Positions 10,799 to 20,097 of a stretch of DNA of 64,000 nt are shown piece by piece. The notes under the pieces are model-generated. The model had not been told where the DNA came from. It did not search any database and saw only the letters and a program-made list of their open reading frames with translations. The translations under genes were made by a program, and so were the position numbers. The stretch's first letter is position 1. Each line of letters opens with the position of its first letter. Source of the DNA: Bacteroidota bacterium (GTDB lineage: Bacteria; Bacteroidota; Bacteroidia; Chitinophagales; Chitinophagaceae); NCBI GenBank assembly GCA_029561255.1, contig JAKQJH010000044.1, positions 7,020 through 71,019 on the forward strand, given 5' to 3'.

Positions 10799-12100
10799 TT
10801 AAACCAACAAATATTGATGTTCCTGCCAGATGCCGGCCACTTCCACCTGGGCCGGATTGCCAATGAGCACCATATTTAACGGTTGTCCTCCGCTGATGGC
10901 CAGTATATGCCAGATATTTTTCTCGGCATTACGTATCGGAACCATCCGCGATGACTGGTCGCGCAGCCACCATTGATTATTATAAGGGACAGCTGTCAGT
11001 TGTTCAACAATAAAGGGTCGTTCTCCCTGTACCGGAAACCGGCTATACATTTCTGATTGAGCCGCTGTTACTTCATCCCATCCGGAGTAACCGGTTGGTA
11101 TATTATTATTTTGTGTGTTCAATTGGCGTTTGATCAGGGCACGCATCGGGTTCACTGAAGGAAAGAAAACCAGTTCGGCCTGTATGTAAAGTCCGGGAGT
11201 AAGGGATAACTGACTGCCTTGTCCCCGAACGGTGAACTGCAGTACCAAGGCGTATTTTTTCTGCTCCAAACCATAGAGCCAGTATTTCTCCGTAGTTACA
11301 TTATCCACTTCATTACTCTGTTTGGCCAACACGAGCCAGGTATCTGTGATGCCGGTCTGTTCTTTTAATTCGTCCTGGTTAATGGTAAAACCGATCCAGC
11401 TGCGCAGATCCTGTAAAAACGGGGCTTCTCCGGAATGATGTTGCTGATACCCTTCAGTTACAATATAGAGCTTCAGTAATTGTTCGAGAAATGGCTGTTG
11501 CCAGTTTTCAGCAAAGAAATTTGTTTCTCCCAATTGCCGGACCATATTCGCCAGACCGGGAGCCTGTGCATCCACCATCCTTTTCGCCACATTTTCAAAC
11601 CAGGGAAATCCTTTATCCGGCATGGACAAAATGCCATTACGGACAATGTCTTTTATCCATAATTGCAGTTCGTTTATTCCATTCATCACTTTATCATGGC
11701 GGGCCAGCTGGCGCTTAACCTGGGCGGCTTCGTCTACTGGTGCTTCTTCCTTTGCCGCTTTCTTTTCCTGTTTTTCTGCTCTTTTTTCCAGCCATTCTGT
11801 AACCCAGGCGGGGGCTTTGTCAATACTGAAGGAAGCGGTTTGCCGGGCATAAAGGAGAAAAAGGGCGAGCCCGTGTTTGCAGGGAAATTTGCGACTGGGA
11901 CAGGAACATTTGAAGGCAATGTTGGAGAGATCAATTTGTGCCTGGTAAGGTTTGCTGCCACTTCCCTGGCATTCACCCCAGATAGCCAGTTCATTGGCGC
12001 CTTTACTGACCCATTTGGACATGTTCGCCAACCCAAGGCCTGCTTTTTTAGAAGCTTCATCGGGTGCGAGCGCCAGTATCTGATCTTCGGACAGGGTCAT
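10799..12100 (-). CDS. SWIM zinc-finger protein (YehQ-like)
   Basis: CQGSGSKPY..CSCPSRKFPCKH SWIM motif; RMVDAQAPGLA. Confidence 0.9.
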   Translation of the reverse strand: MTLSEDQILALAPDEASKKAGLGLANMSKWVSKGANELAIWGECQGSGSKPYQAQIDLSNIAFKCSCPSRKFPCKHGLALFLLYARQTASFSIDKAPAWVTEWLEKRAEKQEKKAAKEEAPVDEAAQVKRQLARHDKVMNGINELQLWIKDIVRNGILSMPDKGFPWFENVAKRMVDAQAPGLANMVRQLGETNFFAENWQQPFLEQLLKLYIVTEGYQQHHSGEAPFLQDLRSWIGFTINQDELKEQTGITDTWLVLAKQSNEVDNVTTEKYWLYGLEQKKYALVLQFTVRGQGSQLSLTPGLYIQAELVFFPSVNPMRALIKRQLNTQNNNIPTGYSGWDEVTAAQSEMYSRFPVQGERPFIVEQLTAVPYNNQWWLRDQSSRMVPIRNAEKNIWHILAISGGQPLNMVLIGNPAQVEVAGIWQEHQYLLV

Positions 12101-12160
12101 TGGAAATCTTTACCTGCTAAACTATTGGATAAGTTGTTAGGAGGGAAAGTTAATAAAAAA

Positions 12161-12263
12161 AAGCTAGAAGCGAGAAGCTAGAAGCGAGAAGGGATCCTAA
12201 AGAAGGAACCACCTGATTATTTGGATCATTCCCTCAGGAGGTTCCTTCTTGCTTCTTGCCTCT
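12161..12263. repeat. 7-mer tandem tracts flanking a 17-bp inverted repeat
   Basis: AAGCTAG/AAGCGAG x4, stem 12200-12216/12234-12250 (16/17 match), then CTTCTTG/CTTCTTG/CCTCT. Confidence 0.75.
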
Positions 12264-12264
12264 C

Positions 12265-14148
12265 TTAAAGCACTTCCACACTACGTTCCACAAAGGCCGT
12301 CAGATCCGCTCCTTTGAGCATACCCTGGGCCAATAAGGCCAGATCGAATGCCTGTTTGGCGAGTACGGTCTGCTGAGCTTCGTCAGCTGATAAGATTTTG
12401 CTGATCAGTTTATGATTGCCGTTGATGGCTACTTTGTAATTATCGGGCATGGCTCCATAGAAATTCATGCCGCCACCGAGTTTGCTCATGTCTTTCATCC
12501 GGCGCATCCATTCTTCCATCGTAATGCTGACAGGGAAACTGTCGGCCGCCCCGCTTTCCACTTCCACTTTCATGGCCGGATTGCTGATCGCTTTATCAAA
12601 GATGGCTTTGAGTTTATCGGTTTCTTCCGTGGTCAGTGTGTGTTTCTCACTGTCTTCTTTCTCGATCAGTTTATCCACCACATCGGCATCCACCCGCTTC
12701 ATCGATGTTTTTTCCAGTTTCATTTCCAGGTGATGGATGAAATGACTGTCGATCGGGGAGTTCATCAGCAACACGTCATAACTTTTCTTTTCCGCAGCGG
12801 CGATATAACTGTGTTGTTGTTCGGGGTCAACCGTGTAGAGATACACCACCTGTCCGGTTTTATCAGTCTGGAAGTCTTTCACTTTCGCGTTATACTCTTC
12901 CAGGGTATAATTTTCTTTGTTCGTATTGGTCAGCAGGATAAACTCCTTCGCTTTCTCATAGAATTTTTCATCACTGAGGGCGCCGTACTTGACAAAGAGA
13001 CCGATATCACTCCATTTCTCTTCATAGGCTTTCCGTTCTTTCTTGAACAGTTCAGCCAGTTTTTCGGCCACTTTACGACTGATATAGCTGTTGATTTTTT
13101 TTACATTGCTGTCACTTTGCAGGAAGGAGCGGCTCACGTTCAACGGGATATCGGGAGAGTCAATCACCCCGTGCAGGAGTAATAAAAATTCCGGTACGAT
13201 GTCTTTTACCTCATCGGTGATGAATACCTGGCGGCTGAAGAGTTTAATTTTGTTCTTCTGTACTTCAAAATCATTTTTCAGTTTAGGGAAATAAAGCACC
13301 CCGGTCAGGTTAAAGGGATAATCCACATTGAGGTGAATCCAGAACAGGGGCTCTTCCTGGAAAGGATAGAGTTCCTGGTAAAAATTCAGGTAATCCTCAT
13401 CTTTCAGTTCACCGGGTGCCTTGGTCCAGATCGGGTTGGTATTGTTGATGATATTATCAACTTCAACCGATTTGTATTTAGGTTTACCATTTTCATCTTC
13501 GCCATCCGGTTCAGATTCTGTCTTGGTACCAAACTGTACCGGTACGGGCAGGAATTTGGCGTATTTGTCGAGGATGGACTGGAGCCGGTGTTTTTCCAGG
13601 AACTCTACTGAATCTTCATTGATATAAAGGATCACATCGGTTCCTCTCTCGGTACGGGTACCATCGGTAATCTCAAATTCGGTGCTGCCATCACAGGTCC
13701 ACCGGGCCGGGGTGGCGCCTTCCTGGTAAGAGAGGGTCTGGATCTCCACCCGTTCTGCCACCATAAAAGAGGAGTAGAAGCCAAGTCCAAAGCGGCCAAT
13801 GATTTCATTGGCATCATTGGCTTCCTTGAATTTTTCCATGAATTCGGTAGCGCCGGAGAAGGCTACCTGGTTGATATATTTTTTTATTTCTTCGGCAGTC
13901 ATCCCGAGTCCGCTGTCGGAGATCGTAATGGTTTTTGCTTCTGGATCCACCGCCACGCGGATTTTAAGATCGCCCAGTTCCTGGTTATAATGCCCGAGCG
14001 AGCCTAGTCGTTTGATTTTCTGGGTGGCATCAACTGCATTGCTCACCAATTCACGCAGGAATATCTCGTGATCCGAATAGAGGAATTTTTTAATGATCGG
14101 AAATATATTCTCCGTGTTAATTGAAATCGTGCCTTTTTCCTGTACCAT
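12265..14148 (-). CDS. htpG: Molecular chaperone HtpG (Hsp90)
   Basis: LYSDHEIFLRELVSNAVDA, DSGLGMT, IGRFGLGFYS, DIPLNVSRS. Confidence 0.98.
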   Translation of the reverse strand: MVQEKGTISINTENIFPIIKKFLYSDHEIFLRELVSNAVDATQKIKRLGSLGHYNQELGDLKIRVAVDPEAKTITISDSGLGMTAEEIKKYINQVAFSGATEFMEKFKEANDANEIIGRFGLGFYSSFMVAERVEIQTLSYQEGATPARWTCDGSTEFEITDGTRTERGTDVILYINEDSVEFLEKHRLQSILDKYAKFLPVPVQFGTKTESEPDGEDENGKPKYKSVEVDNIINNTNPIWTKAPGELKDEDYLNFYQELYPFQEEPLFWIHLNVDYPFNLTGVLYFPKLKNDFEVQKNKIKLFSRQVFITDEVKDIVPEFLLLLHGVIDSPDIPLNVSRSFLQSDSNVKKINSYISRKVAEKLAELFKKERKAYEEKWSDIGLFVKYGALSDEKFYEKAKEFILLTNTNKENYTLEEYNAKVKDFQTDKTGQVVYLYTVDPEQQHSYIAAAEKKSYDVLLMNSPIDSHFIHHLEMKLEKTSMKRVDADVVDKLIEKEDSEKHTLTTEETDKLKAIFDKAISNPAMKVEVESGAADSFPVSITMEEWMRRMKDMSKLGGGMNFYGAMPDNYKVAINGNHKLISKILSADEAQQTVLAKQAFDLALLAQGMLKGADLTAFVERSVEVL

Positions 14149-14230
14149 AGTTATTTAAGATTTGACTGTTTTAATAGTGGACGCGAAAGTACCAAGATTG
14201 GGCCAATTGGAGGGAGACGGACAGAAAGTC

Positions 14231-14490
14231 AGTTAGTAGTTAGTAGCCGGTAGTTAGTAGCCTGCCTGCCGGCAAAGGCAGGTCAACAGCCCCTTCTTAA
14301 GGATGGTTCTTAGAATGGACAATTTTTTATTCCTTTAGGGTGCCATCAGCCCCCCTTCGCTAAAGCTACGGAGGACCCTCCTTCGCTAAAGCTTCGGAGG
14401 GTAAATTTGAGCCCCAGCGGGGCGACATATCATTAGCCTGTGAATGTGCAGGCTGTTCCGGAGCTCCGTAGGAGCGAAATATTTAATTGA
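14231..14490. repeat. Mosaic intergenic REP-like cluster
   Basis: TAGTTAG 7-mer tract; palindrome 14261-14282; two CCTTCGCTAAAGCT(A/T)CGG copies 14351-14402; GAGCCCCAGCGGGGCGACAT and GAGCTCCGTAGGAGCGAAAT hairpins. Confidence 0.8.
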
Positions 14491-14759
14491 CAGGGATTTG
14501 GATGACACCCCAAATACCAGTCATTCCGTCAAAAAGTCAATTCTGGCAGGAAATGTATAAAAAATTGGCAGCTATGGGTTTATAAGATTGCAATGCCCTT
14601 TTTTAAGATTCATTGCAATCCTGCAATTTCCTTCCTTTAAACAGGGCTTTCCAACGACGCTACTCAAGGCCCGGCATGAAGTACCTCATAGTTCTGGCCC
14701 GGTTTATGAACTATATTAGGAGTAAACAGATTAATTTCTTAATTGCAAACTCAAAGAAA

Positions 14760-14984
14760 ATGAAAAACACATCTAAAATCCTGATTGCGCTTGGAGCCGG
14801 AATGGCTATTGGTGGTGTATTGGGTGTGTTATTTGCCCCTGACAAAGGCGAAAACACCCGTAACAAGATCGCTGAAAACGGTAAAAAGCTGGCGGATCAG
14901 TTTAAACGCAAAGTAAAAGAAGGCAAAGAAAAAATGGAAGAGCAATTGAGCCGGGTGAATGGTGAACTCGAAGAAGTGATCTGA
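14760..14984 (+). CDS. YtxH domain protein
   Basis: GAGMAIGGVLGVLFAPDKGENTRNKI; start re-assigned to ATG 14760. Confidence 0.9.
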   Translation: MKNTSKILIALGAGMAIGGVLGVLFAPDKGENTRNKIAENGKKLADQFKRKVKEGKEKMEEQLSRVNGELEEVI

Positions 14985-15010
14985 CCGGATAAAAGCCTAA
15001 TCAACCCATC

Positions 15011-15376
15011 ATGTCAGAAGAATTTAACAAATTCGAGTCACTGGCCGAACAACTCAAAGCTTACGTAAACACCAGGGTATCGCAGGTAAAGCTGTCACTA
15101 GCGGAAAAGCTGTCCAATCTTGCCGCAACTATGATCGCTTTGTTGCTATCAGCCCTGGTGTTCTTTTTATTCATTACCCTGCTTTGTGTGGCAGGGGCCC
15201 TGCTTATCGGTCAATGGTTGGGCAGTTTATGGCTGGGCTTCCTGATTGTATCGGGCTTTGTATTGCTGATCGGACTCATCATCTGGCTGGCCAAAGACCG
15301 CCTTTTCCGTCTGCCCATTATGAATGCGCTGATCGAAGCCATGTTCGAAAATGAGGACGAAGATGAAAAAGATTAA
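15011..15376 (+). CDS. Phage_holin_3_6 / YqjE-like two-TM membrane protein
   Basis: YVNTRVSQVKLSLAEK followed by two hydrophobic helices; follows YtxH as is common in Bacteroidota. Confidence 0.8.
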   Translation: MSEEFNKFESLAEQLKAYVNTRVSQVKLSLAEKLSNLAATMIALLLSALVFFLFITLLCVAGALLIGQWLGSLWLGFLIVSGFVLLIGLIIWLAKDRLFRLPIMNALIEAMFENEDEDEKD

Positions 15377-15722
15377 ACGTATACAGGATATTGAACGGGA
15401 AAAACTGCGGTTGAAAGTACAGCAGCTGGAACAGGAAAAAAAACTCAAAGATTCCTGGGACGGACTGAAGCATGACCTTAAACCCGGTAACTTTCTCCGT
15501 AACAAACTAAATGAATTTACACATTCAAAGCCGGATGAATCAGGACTGGTCACCGGACTGGTAAATGTGGGTGCCGCTTACCTTAGCCGCCGCCTTACTG
15601 GCTATGCGGGAAACAAAATTGATAGTACCATTCACACGGGTATTGAAAAAGCGAGTGAGCGTTTAAAAACATTTTTATTGCGGAAAAAGAAAAAAAAGAG
15701 ATCATCCAAAGCAAAAGAATAA
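15363..15722 (+). CDS. Basic hypothetical protein (third gene of the YtxH triad)
   Basis: MKKIKRIQDIEREKLRL coiled coil; overlaps the upstream gene end. Confidence 0.7.
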   Translation: MKKIKRIQDIEREKLRLKVQQLEQEKKLKDSWDGLKHDLKPGNFLRNKLNEFTHSKPDESGLVTGLVNVGAAYLSRRLTGYAGNKIDSTIHTGIEKASERLKTFLLRKKKKKRSSKAKE

Positions 15723-15754
15723 ACCTGCTGATCGCCGGATATTTCCATTATTCA

Positions 15755-16882
15755 TCATTCACTCAATTTCACTTCCAGTCCCATTCGCCGGCAATCCTCA
15801 ATAAACAGGACTGGTTCTGCAAACTGCCCCTGTACCTGCAATCCGGCTGCCCTGGTATTTTGCTTCAGGTATTGTTTAAGACAAGCCACAACCGGTACAG
15901 CTGTGATAAATGCGGGATCCATACTACGGACCCAAACCTGAATGTTTTTCTCCCGGCCATTTTTCAGGCCTTCGGCTTCCAGTTTCATAACATAACCATA
16001 AGGCGGACGGGTAAATGTTTTAATACTCCAGACCATCAGTTTTGCCAGGAGGCTATTGAATCTCCGGGGGACTATTTTCAGGCAAAGCATGATAAAAGGA
16101 AAAATGAAATAATCGGTAACCAGGTTAAAGCCGGCAATATAGAAGCCGGTTTCCCTGAGTGAGGAATATTGCTGAGGCAGTGGCCGGAGTTCTTCAAAGA
16201 AAAGCGGGGAACACCTGCAATTGCCATAGCTGTTTCCAAAATCAAATGTACGCATACCATTTCCGGTCAGCATATTCATTTTCTTCCATTTCCCTTTTGT
16301 ATAATACAGTGGATTAAAGCCGGCCAGTTCTTCAACAAATTCAATCCGGGTGGACGTGCTGGCATTATAGGTACTGAAGTCAATCTTCATCAGCCCCGCT
16401 GTACGGGCACTATGAATTTCGTCAAATAACATTGCACCATAGCGGATCATTATTGCAGGCATGCCGGGATGGAATCCGCCGCCACTTATAAAGCAACGGC
16501 CGGCTTCTCTGATTTTTGATTCCAGTTGTTGAAGTTGCGTGTATACGGAAAGCCCGAAATGAATATCCATATAATCACAGCCGGCATTCAGCGCTGCTTC
16601 TGCAATAGTACGGGTATAGGTTGCTGTACTTGAAGTTACCAGGATAAGACCAACCCCTTTAAAAGCTGAGGTAAGAGTGGATGCCTCTGACGCATCAGCA
16701 TAACAGGCACCCACCCGTTCAGTACTCAACTGATTGTTTAGTGCTTCTGCTGCCAGCTTTGCTTTAGTGATATCCCGCCCGGCCAATACAATGGATACAG
16801 TTGTTTCCTGTATCAACAACCTGGTCAAGGCGAGTCCTGTCTGTCCGTACCCCCCGAGTATAAGTATTTTAAAGTCAGGCAT
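15755..16882 (-). CDS. Saccharopine dehydrogenase-like NAD(P)-binding oxidoreductase
   Basis: Rossmann ILILGGYGQTG, LAGRD, GGGFHPG. Confidence 0.8.
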   Translation of the reverse strand: MPDFKILILGGYGQTGLALTRLLIQETTVSIVLAGRDITKAKLAAEALNNQLSTERVGACYADASEASTLTSAFKGVGLILVTSSTATYTRTIAEAALNAGCDYMDIHFGLSVYTQLQQLESKIREAGRCFISGGGFHPGMPAIMIRYGAMLFDEIHSARTAGLMKIDFSTYNASTSTRIEFVEELAGFNPLYYTKGKWKKMNMLTGNGMRTFDFGNSYGNCRCSPLFFEELRPLPQQYSSLRETGFYIAGFNLVTDYFIFPFIMLCLKIVPRRFNSLLAKLMVWSIKTFTRPPYGYVMKLEAEGLKNGREKNIQVWVRSMDPAFITAVPVVACLKQYLKQNTRAAGLQVQGQFAEPVLFIEDCRRMGLEVKLSE

Positions 16883-17039
16883 GGTGGTATTCTTTTATAA
16901 AAATACCGGGCCTGTGAATGCTGTACAATGATTTTTATTTGTCTGCGGCAGAAGGATTTAATTACACGCAGTCATTCTGTATTCACCAATCCCTCCTGAG
17001 ATGCTTCAATGGAGTAGTTTGTCTTTTTTTGAATATTGA

Positions 17040-17140
17040 TTTCTGGTTCTTCTTTGGCATCTTGCTTGCCCACCGTAGCCCTGCCTGCCGGCAGGCAGGT
17101 TTAGCGAAGGTGGGGTGTCTTGGTTTCTTGATTCTTTGTA
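17040..17140. repeat. Nested repeat: 8-mer tract > CCGTAGCTTTAGCGAAGG hairpin > 20-bp palindrome
   Basis: CCCACCGTAGC|CCTGCCTGCCGGCAGGCAGG|TTTAGCGAAGGTGGG at 17069-17114 inside a TCTTGG-type tract. Confidence 0.85.
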
Positions 17141-17146
17141 TCCCAG

Positions 17147-18874
17147 CTATTGTTTAAAATACACCTTGGTTATTTTCCCAAACTCTACTATATAAATCGC
17201 CACTGCATAAAGTGGTTTAGGCCCGAATCCCGATACTTCCTCATGGTCGATCACCATATTGCCCTGGATGATCCGTTTCTGAACCTTGCAGTATAACTTA
17301 GGTACCTTGGTGAGAAATTCATAATCCTTTCGCATCGCTTCTTTCCCTTTCATGATCAGTTTTCCGGGGAATTCGTATAACTCCACATCTTCCGCATAGG
17401 GTTCAAGAAAAGCATCGAGGTTGTGAGCATTATAGGCATTGAGTTGTTGCTGTACCAGGTATTCCGGTGAGGGATTCACCAGTGTTTCCGGCAAATGTGC
17501 CACTCCTTTCACAATCACCTGGCTGATCTTTCTCCAGTTGGCAATACTGTCCAGCGGATTGGCCCACAGGAGAACCAGGTTAGCCATTTTATTTTTAGCA
17601 ACACTGCCCCATTCCTTTTCCTGTCCCAGGGCTTTAGCGCCATTGATGGTACTGGCTTCTAACAGCTGCCAGTTATTCATTCCGGCGTTTTGCATCGCAT
17701 TCAATTCGATGAAATAAGAACTGGCATGTTGGGTACCCGTATTGCCGGCATCGGTGCCGGTGGCAATAGTTACGCCGCCATTAACCAGTTTCTGCAGGTT
17801 TATGGTCATAATGGAATCTGCCGTTTTTCCCTTTGCGGCCTGCAAAGGGGAATCCATGCTTTTAATATAGATTTTGGCCAGGCTGGTATCCGGCCAGGGA
17901 TAGTCTAGCACCGAGCCGATGGTTTCCGGATTGGCGAGATTTAATTCATCGGTGCTGAAATGATAATGATCGCCGAGTACTTTGCCGTAATGTCCCATCA
18001 CTACGAGGGTCGGACAAAGCACGGTCTTCTTTTGTTTCAGTAATTGAACAAAAGCATCTGACACGACTTCATCATCCACACTATGTACCAGGAAATCCGC
18101 CCCCGCTTCCACGGCCAGTTGCGCGGTGATGCGTTCGGTGGCATGCACGGCCACGCGTTTATTATTTTTATGGGCTTCGTCGATCGCAGCCTGTACCAAC
18201 GGAAGATTTTTCCGGGCTCCTTTTTCCACATCCTGGTCGGTCACAATATACCAGATCTTGATAAAATCGGTGTTTAAGGGTAACTGATCCCTGACCGCTT
18301 TCCGGGTATTCTCTTCGTTGAGCATTTCGGTAAAGGGTGCATCATTCCCCAGGTTTTTGAAAGGCGCCGGCACATAAGTGGTCAGCAGGGGGCCGGTCAT
18401 ACGTACCAGGGGTGACCAGGTTTTGCTGGCAAAGGAATCTTTTTGTGTAAGGAAATTATTTGTCGCACCTACATCAATCACTGATGTAATTCCGGCGGAG
18501 AGATAACGACGCAGCAGGTCTTCCATATGCCCGTGTGTCCATTTGATCTCCTCGGCATAGGGCCGGATCTTACGCAGGTCGATCGCGTCCGGCCTTGCAT
18601 AAAGTCCGCCACTCTGGAAGAAGTGAACGTGTGCATCCGTAAATCCGGGACTGAGGTATTTGCCGGTTCCGTCGATGATTGTGGTGCCTTCCGGCAGTTG
18701 TTTGAAATTTTTATCCTTATCCACCTGGGCAATCTTTCCGTCAACAATCAAAACGGAATACCCGGCCAGTATCTTTTTCTGCTCCACATCGATGACGTTG
18801 GTGTTTTTGATAAATAACTGAGCGGGGAGCTGATGGAAAAGGAACAAGGCGGTGATCAGGAGGAAGAAACGCAT
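17147..18874 (-). CDS. Secreted amidohydrolase fused to a C-terminal SnoaL/NTF2-like domain
   Basis: Signal peptide MRFFLLITALFLFHQLPAQ; DAHVH, FIKIWY, VHAT, LVHS, GTDAG; tail LVQQQLNAYNAHNLDAFL..GNMVIDHEEV. Confidence 0.85.
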   Translation of the reverse strand: MRFFLLITALFLFHQLPAQLFIKNTNVIDVEQKKILAGYSVLIVDGKIAQVDKDKNFKQLPEGTTIIDGTGKYLSPGFTDAHVHFFQSGGLYARPDAIDLRKIRPYAEEIKWTHGHMEDLLRRYLSAGITSVIDVGATNNFLTQKDSFASKTWSPLVRMTGPLLTTYVPAPFKNLGNDAPFTEMLNEENTRKAVRDQLPLNTDFIKIWYIVTDQDVEKGARKNLPLVQAAIDEAHKNNKRVAVHATERITAQLAVEAGADFLVHSVDDEVVSDAFVQLLKQKKTVLCPTLVVMGHYGKVLGDHYHFSTDELNLANPETIGSVLDYPWPDTSLAKIYIKSMDSPLQAAKGKTADSIMTINLQKLVNGGVTIATGTDAGNTGTQHASSYFIELNAMQNAGMNNWQLLEASTINGAKALGQEKEWGSVAKNKMANLVLLWANPLDSIANWRKISQVIVKGVAHLPETLVNPSPEYLVQQQLNAYNAHNLDAFLEPYAEDVELYEFPGKLIMKGKEAMRKDYEFLTKVPKLYCKVQKRIIQGNMVIDHEEVSGFGPKPLYAVAIYIVEFGKITKVYFKQ

Positions 18875-18894
18875 GGTTTTTGTTTTTTTTAAAG

Positions 18895-19100
18895 ATACCG
18901 AGAAACCGAGAAACCAAGATTCAAGACACCAAGATGCCAAGACGCCAAAGAATAATCAAGCTACAAAGCAAAAATAAGCACCAAATCCTCCGCCGGATTT
19001 TCTCAGGAGGGTTTGGTGCTTTTTGAGGCTTTATAATTGGAATTTAATTGATTATTGTAATTTGATTATTCTTTGGCGTCTTGGCATCTTGGTTCTTGGA
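18895..19100. repeat. MITE-like element with a 32-bp perfect inverted repeat and an internal hairpin
   Basis: ACCAAGATGCCAAGACGCCAAAGAATAATCAA at 18928-18959, exact reverse complement at 19062-19093; inner stem 18976-18991/19006-19021. Confidence 0.85.
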
Positions 19101-19614
19101 ATTTATCTAAAGGCATATTATTGTATTCATTCCTGGTAAACTTCCAGGTCTTCATTAGTAACCAGAACAAAATATACCCCGCCAGCGCTCCAGCCGTGTT
19201 GAGTAATAAATCATCCACATCAAAAAATCCAAGTCCTGTTTTCACCTGAATGTATTCATATAATAAACTCAGTCCGAATCCGGCCAGGGTGGTGAGTATT
19301 AAATGCCGCATGCGACGGAAGAGCAGCGGGAAAAGCATGCCGAAGGGAACAAAACCGATCAGGTTGCCGAACAGGTTGTATTTCGCGTTTTCCGAATTGA
19401 TCCGCCCGTTTCTGTAATACATATTGATGGTATGGAAGGGTGTCGTATTCGCTTTTTTCCATCCTTTTTTGGCAGAGTAATGTTTGTATTCGCTGTTAAA
19501 ATAACTTTTGTAATACCGGTAATTACCGTGCTTAAATAGGATGTTTTTGGTCAGCAATGCCCCATATAAAGCAAAGATCATCCAGGCCAGGAAAATATAG
19601 AGGCGACGGTTCAT
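19066..19614 (-). CDS. VanZ family membrane protein
   Basis: NTTPFHTI..NLFGNLIGFVPFG..YEYIQ..GFFDVDDLLLNTAGA. Confidence 0.9.
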   Translation of the reverse strand: MNRRLYIFLAWMIFALYGALLTKNILFKHGNYRYYKSYFNSEYKHYSAKKGWKKANTTPFHTINMYYRNGRINSENAKYNLFGNLIGFVPFGMLFPLLFRRMRHLILTTLAGFGLSLLYEYIQVKTGLGFFDVDDLLLNTAGALAGYILFWLLMKTWKFTRNEYNNMPLDKFQEPRCQDAKE

Positions 19615-19719
19615 AACTGCGATACTAACGAAAAAACCCGTAATGGTATTGCCATTTATCATACTGACCATTCAGTTTTGTGTATTAGTCGGTAATTTGT
19701 ACCTGATTAAACAAACAAT

Positions 19720-20097
19720 ATGAATCTTCTTGGTAACCTGGTCTGGCTGATCTTTGGCGGCTTTTTAGCGGCACTTTGTTATTTTTTCGGCGGATTGGTG
19801 TTATGCTTTACGATTATCGGTATTCCCTGGGGACTTCAATGTTTCAAACTCGCCGGATTTATATTAATGCCCTTTGGCCTTAAGGTTGTGAGCGATTCAT
19901 CCGGCTCCGGCTGTCTTTCCACGTTGGCTAATATCGTCTGGATTATTTGTGGGGGACTGGCTTCTGCCATTATTCATGTCGTAATGGGTTTACTCCTCAG
20001 TATTACCATCATCGGTATTCCCTGGGGAAGGCAGCATTTTAAACTGGTGGAGTTGTCATTGATGCCATTTGGAAAGCGTATTGTGGCGGCTGATTAA
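19720..20097 (+). CDS. YccF domain inner-membrane protein
   Basis: Duplicated NLVWLIFGG..TIIGIPWG..FKLA..MPFG unit. Confidence 0.92.
   Translation: MNLLGNLVWLIFGGFLAALCYFFGGLVLCFTIIGIPWGLQCFKLAGFILMPFGLKVVSDSSGSGCLSTLANIVWIICGGLASAIIHVVMGLLLSITIIGIPWGRQHFKLVELSLMPFGKRIVAAD

Noticed and set aside
14760-15722. Holin-family gene as a sign of prophage
   Set aside because: It is part of the ordinary YtxH / YqjE-like / basic-protein triad; no phage genes are nearby.
19066-19614. vanZ as a glycopeptide-resistance locus
   Set aside because: Generic VanZ-family protein; no other van genes are present.
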